Below are positions 38,278-48,336 of a DNA stretch of 64,000 nucleotides, one piece after another. Both the position numbers and the translations under genes were made by a program. Source of the stretch: Bdellovibrionota bacterium (GTDB lineage Bacteria; Bdellovibrionota_C; UBA2361; JBGSMV01); contig JBIKWF010000008.1 in the NCBI GenBank assembly GCA_044356455.1, positions 1-64,000 on the forward strand. The letters run 5' to 3'. Below the pieces are notes generated by a model. The model did not search any database. It had not been told where the DNA came from and was given only the letters and a program-made list of their open reading frames with translations. Within the stretch, counting starts at the first letter, position 1. Each line of letters starts with the position of its first letter.

Positions 38278-39357
38278 CTACTGCACGCCGCAGGCTCTCT
38301 GGTCGCTAGGATGCACTACTACTCTTTGGCACGGCCCCTCACGGAAGCATGAAAGGCCCACCATTTGACCAGCACTGTTAATGGAATCGGGCTGAAACCA
38401 TTCTATCTGCTCGTAGGCAGAGGGCATAAGGTCAGAAAATTTTCTTATCCCAGAGCGCTCGTCCCAAAGGAATTGAAACCCTTCGGTTTCAGTGTATGCC
38501 GATCCTACGAACGAACCACGCTGGCTAGCGTGATGAATAAGGACGCTTGCGCCCTCAAGCCCAACCTCGTCATTAAGGTGGATAAGCCTCCGATGCGAGG
38601 GCCACACGAGTGCATGGTGGATAACCCTCTCCTCTCCATTGCTACCATGGACGAGTTCCTCCCCTCGGCCGATAGCGGTGCCTGATTCAAGTAAGTCCTG
38701 AAGCCATGCATTCTCAATGCCTGACGGGAGAGGGAGCTGCACAACTGGTCGGCCCAAAGGACGTAGTGCCGGACGATACTTGTGTAGGACTGGGTCTACC
38801 AGAAGAGCTCCACCAAAGGTGAGAGCAGAATTCAAATGGTCGGCAGAGAAGTTTGCAGGCATCCTTTGATCAAGGTACCGATTTCTTATGAGCAAACTGT
38901 GCTGTATTTCGTTGCGCTCTCCAATGCCAATAAAGAGAGTGATGCCCGACGTGCTTAGGTCTACTGCAAGAAGTCCGTTTGGGTAACGCGGGGGAGCTGG
39001 TGGAAGCTGACGCGCTGCGGCATTTCGCATCAGAAAGGCGGAACTAAGAGGGTATCCCTCTCGGATAAGTGCTTCTCCGGAGTTTTTAAATAAAAGGGCC
39101 GAGGCATTTCGGGTAAAGGGCTGAGGAGCAGTCACGGTTCGAACCGTTCCACGTTCGTAAAGGCGAAATACACGCTCATTTGCACTTACCTGCATGTTCC
39201 CAAGAATCTGGCAGCGGTCATTGATGAGCCAAGGTTTCCAGAGTTCCCCTTGGAGTTCGGTGCCCGGAATGACGGTAACCGTATAAGGGTCCGCGTATGC
39301 GGACGCACTGATGACAAGCTGCATGGCTAGTAAGAAACGTAGGATTATCGTTCTCAT
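38278..39357 (-). CDS. Secreted HAF-repeat-like propeller protein
   Basis: INDRCQILG and INSAGQMVG repeats; signal peptide from ATG 39357 with GGGGAG RBS. Confidence 0.7.
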   Translation of the reverse strand: MRTIILRFLLAMQLVISASAYADPYTVTVIPGTELQGELWKPWLINDRCQILGNMQVSANERVFRLYERGTVRTVTAPQPFTRNASALLFKNSGEALIREGYPLSSAFLMRNAAARQLPPAPPRYPNGLLAVDLSTSGITLFIGIGERNEIQHSLLIRNRYLDQRMPANFSADHLNSALTFGGALLVDPVLHKYRPALRPLGRPVVQLPLPSGIENAWLQDLLESGTAIGRGEELVHGSNGEERVIHHALVWPSHRRLIHLNDEVGLEGASVLIHHASQRGSFVGSAYTETEGFQFLWDERSGIRKFSDLMPSAYEQIEWFQPDSINSAGQMVGLSCFREGPCQRVVVHPSDQRACGVQ

Positions 39358-39604
39358 AATCTTCTCCCCGTTAGTAGTGTACTCTGACAACGCCCGCACG
39401 TTTGGTCGAGATGGTGAGTGAATAGTAAACGACGCAGGAAATCACAGCGCGTCAGCGAGTCATGACAACTGATTGGAATGAATGAGATTCTGAGCAGAGA
39501 AGGCAGTAAGAGAACTTCTTATTTATTTAGACTACAAGAGACATGAGTGGTGACTTTATCGAAAGATAAAGAAGCTAATATTGTAAAAATGGGAGAGAGC
39601 AAAC

Positions 39605-40993
39605 CTACCAAAGTGCGGCGGGGTCTGCCGTAGTGGTGAGCGCAAGTCCCTGAGCTCCCGCGCCCCCCGCAGTAGTAGAATCATTTCCAATATTACCTGG
39701 ATTCACGGTGCCTCCGTCGCCACCTGCGCCTCCGCTTCCGCCTCCGGAGCCTCCGCCTAGATACACAAATCCAGAGATACTTCCTGCCCCTCCCGCTGAT
39801 CCTCCGGCTCCGCCATTTACCGTAATGCTGCCCGAGTTAGTGGCTGAGGGAGCAATTAAATGAACAATTCCTCCTCCGCCCCCGCCGCCTGCCGCAAAGC
39901 CGGTTGAGTTGGAGTCCGTCGCAAGTAATGCGCCACCGGCTCCTCCATTTGCAATAAGCGCACCGGAATTGCTGACCGAAGTACCCGAAGCGAGAAGTAT
40001 AAAACCTCCCCCACCTCCTCCTCGTGCGGGGCCCGGGGCGCCTGTTCCGTGTGCTGAGATACTCCCTTGATTCACCACGCCTCCGGCGCAAAGCACCGCG
40101 AAGTTACCTCCTCCATCACCTCCTGTGTCTGCACTTTCGCGAAAGCCATTTCCTCCTCCCAGAATGCCGAGCTTGAGTAGTTGCCGAGCAACTCCAGAGT
40201 AAAGAGCCAAGCCGCCTGTGCCCCCAAGGGCGGCCAGTCCTCCAGAACTCACGGTGCTTGGGCGAACGCCATTTTCGCCGAATCGAGGATGGTCGCGTAG
40301 GGCGGGATTAACGCTAATTGTTCCCTCATTCTGGAAACTACCAGTGCAGCGAATCACAGTACCTGAATGGACAGTCAGCGTGGACCCACTGGCAATCGTG
40401 AAATTGGTATATTGAGGATTCGGGTCATTGAGAGTGACACTCCCCACAATAGATCTTCCGCCGGCCGATCCATCGCCGTAAATGCGCAGAGTCCCATCGC
40501 TTCCCGCGGTGCCGGGTGCTCCGGTTGAGCCAACTGGTCCTTGTGGCCCCGTTGCGCCTTGAGCTCCGGTAGGTCCGGCCGGACCTTGCGGACCAGTGAG
40601 CCCGGTTTCTCCCTGCGGGCCCGCCTCTCCTTGCTCCCCTGTTAACCCTTGTAGCCCCTGGTCCCCGCGTAATTCATCAAAAGCGATCTCTGTTTCGCCC
40701 AAAGCGACTGAGCAACGTTTGCGTACTTTGATAGACCCATTGCTCGTTCGAATGCAGAATTTATAACCGGGAAGACTGCTTGATTTACGCCTCAAGTCCT
40801 CAACGTAGCATAGAGCTCCCTCACGCCAGTCTCGGCATTCTGATTTACCGAGCCCAAGGCTTGTACAATCATAAGGGCAGAGGTGTACGCTCACGGAGGA
40901 GGGAATTTGAGCGAGCGCCTCGGATATGTCCCAAATGGGGAGCAAGGAAAGCAATGCAAGAGTTCTCAGAATTCGAGAGTGAATGCGCAGCAT
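39605..40993 (-). CDS. Secreted protein with short collagen segment and Gly-rich C-terminal domain
   Basis: About 19 G-X-Y triplets; repeated GGGGGG.I motifs; Cys-rich N-domain. Confidence 0.8.
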   Translation of the reverse strand: MLRIHSRILRTLALLSLLPIWDISEALAQIPSSVSVHLCPYDCTSLGLGKSECRDWREGALCYVEDLRRKSSSLPGYKFCIRTSNGSIKVRKRCSVALGETEIAFDELRGDQGLQGLTGEQGEAGPQGETGLTGPQGPAGPTGAQGATGPQGPVGSTGAPGTAGSDGTLRIYGDGSAGGRSIVGSVTLNDPNPQYTNFTIASGSTLTVHSGTVIRCTGSFQNEGTISVNPALRDHPRFGENGVRPSTVSSGGLAALGGTGGLALYSGVARQLLKLGILGGGNGFRESADTGGDGGGNFAVLCAGGVVNQGSISAHGTGAPGPARGGGGGGFILLASGTSVSNSGALIANGGAGGALLATDSNSTGFAAGGGGGGGIVHLIAPSATNSGSITVNGGAGGSAGGAGSISGFVYLGGGSGGGSGGAGGDGGTVNPGNIGNDSTTAGGAGAQGLALTTTADPAALW

Positions 40994-41235
40994 TGCAAAG
41001 GTTAGCGTCAGGCTATGCCGAAAGCCTTAGCTCCCGGCAACCAAGAAAGTGTCTCCTTGCGTGAGATCTCCTTCTTATCCTGTACGTTACAAAGAAGTCT
41101 TACCAACTTCGCGTAGGGATATACCAAAAAATCTCCTACGCGGAGCGCCTCGCGGAGTAGCACTCACCACTCCCACTCCTCTCATACCTTGACTCTCGCC
41201 TCTCGCTTTGCAGCGAGTTCAGAGTATGGGCAGCG

Positions 41236-42102
41236 CTATGCCACTTTCCTCGATGAGCCATTCGAATCAACGCGGGGAGGCTCAAGCTGCAGTAGGGTTC
41301 GTAGCTGTGTCCCAAGCTGCTGTGCGCGAACTTTGTCATTCTCTACTTTAAGTTCAATTGAATGAGCGGCATCCAGGATCGGTGCACCGTCCGCCTTGGT
41401 CGGGACCGGGCGAGAAGGCTCAAAGAGAGAATCCAGCGCTTTCACGAGCTCCGCGGGGAGAGTGATAGTGATCACGAATGAGGAGAAGATACTAATATAT
41501 TTTCCTGCGAGCTCTGGGGGAGACTTTTCAGCAAATCTTACGACCCCCGGGACATTCCTGCGCATCTCAGCGTAGCGCCTGCTAAGGGGCGTGTCATGGC
41601 CAATCACCATGTGATAGGGAAGATTCAGTTCCCTGTGGGCATCAAGAATCTGAGATTCGGTAGAGTCCTTTGAAAGAATAAACCAGGCATGAGGCGACCA
41701 CTCGAGGTAATCGTTTTCACCGCCATTAATGAGTAGTCCCATCGTGATACCACTCCAGAATTGACGGAGTTCTCGGAGGGATCCTGCGCGCATCACCGAA
41801 CGCGTGCCAATGTCATTCACAAGCAGACCCTGTTCGCGTGCCTTGGCGAAGTTGGATAAAGCGGAGTTAAGCAGAAGCTGAGCGGAGAAGAGCCAGGTAA
41901 GTCGAATTACATAGCGGTCTCTCAGCTTGATAATTACGCCATCTCTCATGAGCTTACGCAGATCGTGATAAATGGCTTGGAGTGAGCACTTGGTGCCTGA
42001 GGCGGTGACCTCTGCAAATATTTCTTGGGCTGAAGCGGAAAGGCGGCGTAGGAGAAATCGTACAATGATGTCTTCTATGCGCTGCGTTGCACCGAGAATC
42101 AT
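41236..42102 (-). CDS. Putative regulator with N-terminal winged helix
   Basis: SAQEIF...SLQAIYHDLRKLMRDGVIIK. Confidence 0.65.
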   Translation of the reverse strand: MILGATQRIEDIIVRFLLRRLSASAQEIFAEVTASGTKCSLQAIYHDLRKLMRDGVIIKLRDRYVIRLTWLFSAQLLLNSALSNFAKAREQGLLVNDIGTRSVMRAGSLRELRQFWSGITMGLLINGGENDYLEWSPHAWFILSKDSTESQILDAHRELNLPYHMVIGHDTPLSRRYAEMRRNVPGVVRFAEKSPPELAGKYISIFSSFVITITLPAELVKALDSLFEPSRPVPTKADGAPILDAAHSIELKVENDKVRAQQLGTQLRTLLQLEPPRVDSNGSSRKVA

Positions 42103-42376
42103 TTTTTCTCTCCGCTCCGTCGAGTGGGTGAATACGGAGGGGGTATCAGACGCTGATAGTCGCTTATGGCAGTCGTTGCCTTCCTTGAGCCTTGCATAGT
42201 ACCCCCACCATCTTCGTTATTCTTCCGGCAGAGAGGCTCGATACCTGAGGCTGAATCAGCACCGTGCATCAAAAGAATAGTTACCGAAGATATTCTGTAG
42301 GGGGGCAAGCGCCTACGTCTTCGGTGCCCTGACTTGTGATTGTCGGCTGCACGTCAAACGGCGCTCCAAATACCCT

Positions 42377-42505
42377 GGAAACCTCTGCAAAAGCTCCATT
42401 CCAAATACACCTCTGTGTACCTTCGTGTCCTCTGTAGTGAATTGCTTGATAAAATTTCACCACAGAGGACGCAGAGGTACACAGCGGTGAGTTTTCAGAG
42501 TTTCC
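42377..42505. mobile_element. MITE family 1, copy 5 (inverted relative to copy 4)
   Basis: GGAAACCTCTGCAAAAG...GTTTTCAGAGTTTCC-CTAG; reverse complement aligns with copy 4 along its length. Confidence 0.8.
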
Positions 42506-42541
42506 CTAGAGTTTGGTGGCTCGGCTTGCTTCTTAGAGAGC

Positions 42542-43528
42542 TCAGCGGATATTTCGAAGAAAGCGCGTGAGTTCCCCTTCTTCGCTCTTAGTCGGGCGCC
42601 TATAAGTTCGGACATCAGGGGAGCGCGGGAGTAACCCAGGCGGCGCATCCTGATACTTTGGCACCCAAAGAAGAAAGGCATTTGAGCGTGATTCAGCCGC
42701 TTCTAAGAGCGCCTTCCACTGTCGAAGACGAGGCACTGAGGGGTCGTCTTCGCCCTTAAAGCGAAAGTATTCGCCATCGGTATGAACGATTCCGTTGCTC
42801 AAAGAGCTATCCGTGCGAGAGGTGTGGACTTCCTTAATGACACCTTGGGGCAAAGACTGTGAGCCCTCTCCACGGCACTTATAACACGCGCTTCTTACCC
42901 AGCTGACTTTTTCTGGGGAGGGTAGAGCTGACTTTGCGAGTGCGAGTGCTACCTGAAAGCCATCTCTATCCAGAGTGTCTTCAAGGCCAGGGGCGATACT
43001 TACTTTAATGCCGCGTGCGAGTGCATATTCCGCGAGGGGAGCAATCCGAGTTTCGATAATCTCGCGGTACGTATCTTGAAATGCAAGATTTTCTTTTAGC
43101 TTGCGAAGAAAAGTAGCGGGATGCATCACGGCAAAAGAATGAAACAGGCCGCTACTCCACCGTCTTTGCGCGGGACCGTTGTACACATAAAAGTGTACCC
43201 AGGCTTCTCTGCCCTCCGAGGACAGCTTGTCTAAACTTGTCTGCACTGCGTCAGAATTCCACCCGAACGTCCCATCAATAACAAAGGCAGTCATCACGCG
43301 CTTGAGGCAGCTTTTTGTCAAAACTTGAACAATAGGCTGCGGGCCCTCCGGCGCGCGAGGATGGAGGCAGTGCAGACAAGAGATTCCGCGCCACGACGCT
43401 TCGAGTAATCCGTTGGGACAGTCATTGGCTATGGCCGAGACAGGCACCAATGAAAGCACAGTGGAAATGAAACACTTCCATACGGCTTTCCAAAGTTGCT
43501 GCTGTGCTTTTCTCATCGCGCGGTACAT
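42542..43528 (-). CDS. Hypothetical exported protein
   Basis: 328-aa ORF, signal-like segment, CxxC pairs; overlaps end of upstream gene. Confidence 0.6.
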   Translation of the reverse strand: MYRAMRKAQQQLWKAVWKCFISTVLSLVPVSAIANDCPNGLLEASWRGISCLHCLHPRAPEGPQPIVQVLTKSCLKRVMTAFVIDGTFGWNSDAVQTSLDKLSSEGREAWVHFYVYNGPAQRRWSSGLFHSFAVMHPATFLRKLKENLAFQDTYREIIETRIAPLAEYALARGIKVSIAPGLEDTLDRDGFQVALALAKSALPSPEKVSWVRSACYKCRGEGSQSLPQGVIKEVHTSRTDSSLSNGIVHTDGEYFRFKGEDDPSVPRLRQWKALLEAAESRSNAFLLWVPKYQDAPPGLLPRSPDVRTYRRPTKSEEGELTRFLRNIR

Positions 43529-45111
43529 TGAGAGTCACTCTCCTCTGCATAAGCCAGAATCCACCCATAATCAGTGCCTGAGGGAGCAAAGGCGGGGTGA
43601 AACTTAACGAGATATTCAAAGCGCCGATCGATGTAGGATAGCTTGGTGCGTGCGGTGCCATCCAAGCCAAGAACTACCTTCCTCAGCTCACGCTCGGAAC
43701 AACTGCGATAGGCTCCCGCTTCTTCATCGTAGTATGAGTCCGATTCAACAACTGTCGCCTGTACGCCTGTATAGCTATCGAGCGGACTAGATGCCGTAAT
43801 CGCTACTTCAATATTGTTAATGCCTTTAGTAGTGAGACTTGCATCAATAGATGGACAGAAGTCGCGGTAGGTGCCCCACGCAGAGGAGGGCAGGGGCCTA
43901 GCAATCACGAGTTGGCTAAGTCTTCCATCCCCTCGGATATCAGCAGAGAAGAGCAGCTCATCTCTGTCGTTGAATGAGGCAATAGTAAGGTATGACCCAT
44001 TCAAGCTAGCGCTGGTCAGCGTTGAGTTTTGCATTAATCTGTTATGCGGCGCGAGGCACGTCAGCCCTATTCCATGGCGCTCTTTGGGGTTCTCAAGAAA
44101 GGCACTGTTTCGGTATCCCGCGATGAGCCCTGAGCGCGAGAGTGCACCGGAGGAACTGTAGTCGCTTCTTCCAGTAAAGTCGTTTCCTCCCTCATAGGAA
44201 GCAACGCGTCCCCGAAAAAGGGTGGTGCCAAGCATAGTTTCGCCCCGCCCGTTGATCTCGACCACCGCGTTATGAAAGCAGGAGGCTAGTTGGTCGTCGG
44301 AGTTTCCAAGACAGCGTAAAGAATCCTGATAATAGGCGCGCTTGAAGCAGACTTGCTTTCCTTCTTGCGAGAACCTGCACGTTTTAAAGGGCCCAATGAG
44401 CTCCTCAGCGGCATAATAGTTCTGGCACAGGACTGGATTCTCTGAGGAGATTGGCGGCGGTGTCTTTGAGCTGTTCTGACGGAACACCACCATGTCCCCT
44501 TTGTTGTTAAGGCTCAAACCCACCGAAAGAAGATTTTCAGGTAGGTTCTGCACGTGCCTGCTCCCTTGGGCTCTGCTCCAGGTAAAGGCTCGAGGAGCGA
44601 GATAATTCCTGGTGGTTACGACTGGATTCCCGTCACTATCTAGGTCCGGGGTATCGTCATAGTCCCTGTCCTCTGAGCATTGGTAAGACGCAAGAGATCC
44701 AGAGAATCCTAAAACTCGGCCCGAGTCGTTAATATCGAGAGCTTCGCTCAGCGTATCTGAAGGTGAGGCGAAGGGAAGAGTTTCGGTGCCTCTACTAGGG
44801 CTCCAGAGAGCCGCGACACGTGCGCCGCTCACCATTTTATACCCAGCAACCTGCCCTTTCTTATTGATGGCAAACGCATCCCTCATCCCGGCATCGCAAA
44901 GCCGCGTCGACGAGCCAGAATCCCGGTGGTATGCCACCGGACAGGGAGGAGAAGAGTTGAGGTCCCGAAGAAGAACCCAAGAGCCCCCCATGTCTACCGC
45001 TTCTTCATTGTCAGAAACGACGGGGCTTAGTACCTCATATGAGTAGCGCTGAGCGTGCGCGAGGCTTGCCGAGAGAAACAGTGAAACCGCGAATATAGAT
45101 ACATATCTCAT
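43513..45111 (-). CDS. Secreted HAF-repeat-like protein
   Basis: AINKKGQVAG, DINDSGRVLG, LNNKGDMV, EINGRG repeats; signal peptide. Confidence 0.75.
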   Translation of the reverse strand: MRYVSIFAVSLFLSASLAHAQRYSYEVLSPVVSDNEEAVDMGGSWVLLRDLNSSPPCPVAYHRDSGSSTRLCDAGMRDAFAINKKGQVAGYKMVSGARVAALWSPSRGTETLPFASPSDTLSEALDINDSGRVLGFSGSLASYQCSEDRDYDDTPDLDSDGNPVVTTRNYLAPRAFTWSRAQGSRHVQNLPENLLSVGLSLNNKGDMVVFRQNSSKTPPPISSENPVLCQNYYAAEELIGPFKTCRFSQEGKQVCFKRAYYQDSLRCLGNSDDQLASCFHNAVVEINGRGETMLGTTLFRGRVASYEGGNDFTGRSDYSSSGALSRSGLIAGYRNSAFLENPKERHGIGLTCLAPHNRLMQNSTLTSASLNGSYLTIASFNDRDELLFSADIRGDGRLSQLVIARPLPSSAWGTYRDFCPSIDASLTTKGINNIEVAITASSPLDSYTGVQATVVESDSYYDEEAGAYRSCSERELRKVVLGLDGTARTKLSYIDRRFEYLVKFHPAFAPSGTDYGWILAYAEESDSQCTAR

Positions 45112-45227
45112 AGGGATATCCTAAATAGTGTGTAATATGCACACTACCCAAAGAGCCGAGGCTAATCAAGCACAAAAGACACGAATTCGTGCTTGCCATG
45201 CTAATGTGCTGATGGCACACTATATTT

Positions 45228-46133
45228 ATGGCATCAAAGGAAGAGGTATACGAAGCAGTCGTCGGGTTCTTGGTAAGACCGGTGGCGCGCTTTTGCGTGA
45301 GGAACTCTATTCCTTTTCGCGTCTTTTTTGAGCATGCCCGCATGGCTTTTGTTCGTGAAGCCAACGCCTTCTTAGAAGGTCAGGGGCAATCGGCAAATGT
45401 GAGCCGAGTTGCGCTGCGCACGGGACTTAGCCGAAGAGAGGTTCAGGCGTGTCTTTCAAATCAAGAAGTTGAAGCTGAACCAAGTCTGCTCCGAAAGATT
45501 CTTGGTAAATGGCAGCTCGATAAGAGATACCGTGCTAAATCCGGCAGGCCTCGGCCGCTTACTGCGCTCGGCAATGATAGCGAGTTTGCTGAAATGGTGC
45601 GCTCGGTAAGTCAGGACCTTAATCCTTACTCAGTCCTTGGAGAACTCGAATCAGCAAAACTTGTGGAACGTAAGGATGCCGTAGTGACTCTTGTGTCGCC
45701 GGTGTACATCCCAGCGGGAGACATTAAGCGCGGCTTTCAGCTAGTGGCCTCTGATGTTGATGACCTCGTGCTCGCTGCGGAAGAGAATATTGAGCATCAA
45801 GAGAATCCGCCCCACCTGCATATTAAGACATCGTACGATAATATTGACGCCCGGGCTCTTCCTGAGATCCGTGAGTGGTGTATTAAGAAGGGACAGGAAA
45901 TCCATGCGGAGGCTCGTGAATTCTTTTCACGCTATGACCTCGACATGAATCCTCAGAGAGCGAAAGGGGGGGAGGCTACGGGGGGAGCGCGCGTAGCGCT
46001 TGGAACTTTCAGCATTGCTCAGCCGCCTGATATCAAAGCAAGCAGTGAGCCTGAAAAGACGGACCCGATTACTGGACTCGAACGTTCAGGCGAGGGAGCG
46101 AAGAAAAAAGCGCATAGGAGTGGGAGGGGGTAG
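45228..46133 (+). CDS. DUF6502-like putative DNA-binding protein
   Basis: NVSRVALRTGLSRREV, W..D..Y....G.PRPL, VLGEL. Confidence 0.75.
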   Translation: MASKEEVYEAVVGFLVRPVARFCVRNSIPFRVFFEHARMAFVREANAFLEGQGQSANVSRVALRTGLSRREVQACLSNQEVEAEPSLLRKILGKWQLDKRYRAKSGRPRPLTALGNDSEFAEMVRSVSQDLNPYSVLGELESAKLVERKDAVVTLVSPVYIPAGDIKRGFQLVASDVDDLVLAAEENIEHQENPPHLHIKTSYDNIDARALPEIREWCIKKGQEIHAEAREFFSRYDLDMNPQRAKGGEATGGARVALGTFSIAQPPDIKASSEPEKTDPITGLERSGEGAKKKAHRSGRG

Positions 46134-46924
46134 TGGACAATTCAGGTAGGCATAGCAATTTTCTCATGAGAGTGAAGCTCTGCTCGCTCCTCTGTGTCCT
46201 ATCTATCGCTACCCTCCTTGCGTCTTGTGCGGGAGGAGGGTCGGCAGGTACCGGAGGGGGCAGTGGAGTCGAGCGCACGTTCCGAGGATCGGTAAGAAGC
46301 GTCGGGGCACCAGTGGCGAACGTGCGTGTTTCGCTCGTTGAGACAGGAGCCACTTCGGTAACTGATGCAGAAGGGAAATTCTCTTTACAAGCCAATCTCC
46401 CTTCCGACTCCGCAACGCTAGGACTTATTGCTGCCGAGGGGCAGGCCGAACAATTTGTAGACGTGCCGATTGATAATCCGGATTCAACGGTAATCTCGGT
46501 TGATATTTCCCTCGATGCTCAAAAGCTTGTTGAGTCCGTTTCTCGATTTTACATGTGGGCGCGCGTCGTTGGAGAATGTGCACGCTACTTTGATAATCAA
46601 GAAATCATTCGTCAGAAGCGTAAAACGCCGCCAGAGTTGCCGTGCACCATGCGCTTTTTTGTTAATGGAGGGGTAACTCCGCTCGAGAATATCCCCGGCG
46701 CGATGCAAGTAAGAAGTTGTGACTCAACATTGTGGAGACCACTCGCGACGGGGGCAACGGGCCGGGGGGCGGAAGCAGGGGTAGGCGAGATAGACTTCAC
46801 CTTTATCGACAATGAGCGAAACTGCGAGTATCGTATTGTCGCTCCGTTTGATGTTCCGCCTCTTCCGGAGCTTTCGGTATTACTACAAACGCTCACCCTC
46901 ACTTCTTCGCAGGCGAAGAAGTAG
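46133..46924 (+). CDS. Lipoprotein with carboxypeptidase-regulatory-like (transthyretin-fold) domain
   Basis: LLAS-C lipobox, GGSAGTG, TDAEGKF. Confidence 0.7.
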   Translation: MDNSGRHSNFLMRVKLCSLLCVLSIATLLASCAGGGSAGTGGGSGVERTFRGSVRSVGAPVANVRVSLVETGATSVTDAEGKFSLQANLPSDSATLGLIAAEGQAEQFVDVPIDNPDSTVISVDISLDAQKLVESVSRFYMWARVVGECARYFDNQEIIRQKRKTPPELPCTMRFFVNGGVTPLENIPGAMQVRSCDSTLWRPLATGATGRGAEAGVGEIDFTFIDNERNCEYRIVAPFDVPPLPELSVLLQTLTLTSSQAKK

Positions 46925-46971
46925 GCTTCTTTAGCGAGTTGGGTGAGGCTAACTCTTGGATTTTAACGGCC

Positions 46972-48333
46972 ATGAAATCTTATGACGTGGTAATTGTAGG
47001 AGGGGGATGCTCTGCGGCTCTTCTGCTTCTGCAGTTAGTTGAAGCCCTCCCTAAAGGATCCCACGTTGCCATAATAGACGCGAGTGACATGCCCACAAGA
47101 GGCATCGCCTATCGCACGAGAAACACTCGGCACCTTCTTAATGTGCCGGCTGCTCGTATGAGTGCCTACCCCCAGAAACCAGAAGACTTCTGTAACTGGC
47201 TCAAAGCATCGGGGAAAACATTCGGAAACTTCGATTTTGTTCCGCGCTGGACTTACGGTGACTATCTAGAGCAGAGACTGGCTGAAGCTACGGCTTCCCA
47301 ACAACCTACTCTCGAGTGGATAAAGGGAACTGCTTCGGGAATCGAGCAAGTGCCTGGTCCACACGAGACTAAATATGTGGTTCAGATCGCAGGTCATGAG
47401 CCTGTAGCGGGGAGAAACTGTATTCTTGCAGTGGGAACTCCCGTTTCCGAGTGGCCTAGTATCTTTAGGTCGGCAGGCATCAAACGCGCAGATCTGCTCC
47501 TTGTTGACCCATGGAAAATGCAGGCTTCTTCTGATGTCCCCAAGGATTCAGAGGTCTGTGTTCTTGGGACGGGCCTCACGGCTGCAGATGCGGTGATAGA
47601 GCTTGTCACTCATTCCCGCCCTCGAAAAATTACTATGCTTTCTCGGCATGGTTTGCTCTCTGAGGTTCATAAACCAGAACTCTACTTACAGCCGGGCCTG
47701 AGTGCTCCCACACTACCCTTGCGACTTCGTCAGGTTTTAAGATGGGTCAGGGAAGGCAGCCGTAGTACTGATTGGCGCCGCGTGGTTGATGCGCTAAGGC
47801 CGGTCACGTCTCAGCTTTGGAAGGGCTTTACTCAGTTTGAAAAACGGCAATTTTTACGGCATCTACGGTCGCATTGGGATGTGGCAAGACATCGGATGGC
47901 CCCTCAGATTCGAGAGGAGCTGGACAAATTACGCTCGGCTGGAATTCTCGAGATAGTTTCCGGAAGAGTTCGCAAAGTAGAGATTCAAGGCGACAAGGTC
48001 GCGCTTTCCTTCCATGATCGCAGCCATTCCTTGCGTGAACTTCATATCGCTCGCGTGGTAAACTGCACCGGCTTTGGTGATATGGCTCCGCCAGGAAGTT
48101 TACTTGCAAAGCTTGAATCGGGTGGTTTGCTTAAACGTTCGCAAATCGGCTTTGGATTTGAAGTTGATAGCACTCGTTCTCCGGGGTTCTTTTTGATTGG
48201 CTCGCTCAGGCTTGGCGAGTTATGGGAGAGCATCGCAGTGCCTGAACTGAGGCAGCAAGCCCGGCAGATTGCTGAGACAGTAGCGGCTTCATGCGTAACT
48301 GAGTCTTTTGCGCCAGGCGCCTCAGTTCCATAG
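46972..48333 (+). CDS. FAD/NAD(P)-binding oxidoreductase (NAD_binding_9-like)
   Basis: IVGGG, GIAY..HLLNVPAARMS, GTGLTA.D, NCTG, WESIAVPELR. Confidence 0.85.
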   Translation: MKSYDVVIVGGGCSAALLLLQLVEALPKGSHVAIIDASDMPTRGIAYRTRNTRHLLNVPAARMSAYPQKPEDFCNWLKASGKTFGNFDFVPRWTYGDYLEQRLAEATASQQPTLEWIKGTASGIEQVPGPHETKYVVQIAGHEPVAGRNCILAVGTPVSEWPSIFRSAGIKRADLLLVDPWKMQASSDVPKDSEVCVLGTGLTAADAVIELVTHSRPRKITMLSRHGLLSEVHKPELYLQPGLSAPTLPLRLRQVLRWVREGSRSTDWRRVVDALRPVTSQLWKGFTQFEKRQFLRHLRSHWDVARHRMAPQIREELDKLRSAGILEIVSGRVRKVEIQGDKVALSFHDRSHSLRELHIARVVNCTGFGDMAPPGSLLAKLESGGLLKRSQIGFGFEVDSTRSPGFFLIGSLRLGELWESIAVPELRQQARQIAETVAASCVTESFAPGASVP

Positions 48334-48336
48334 GTT

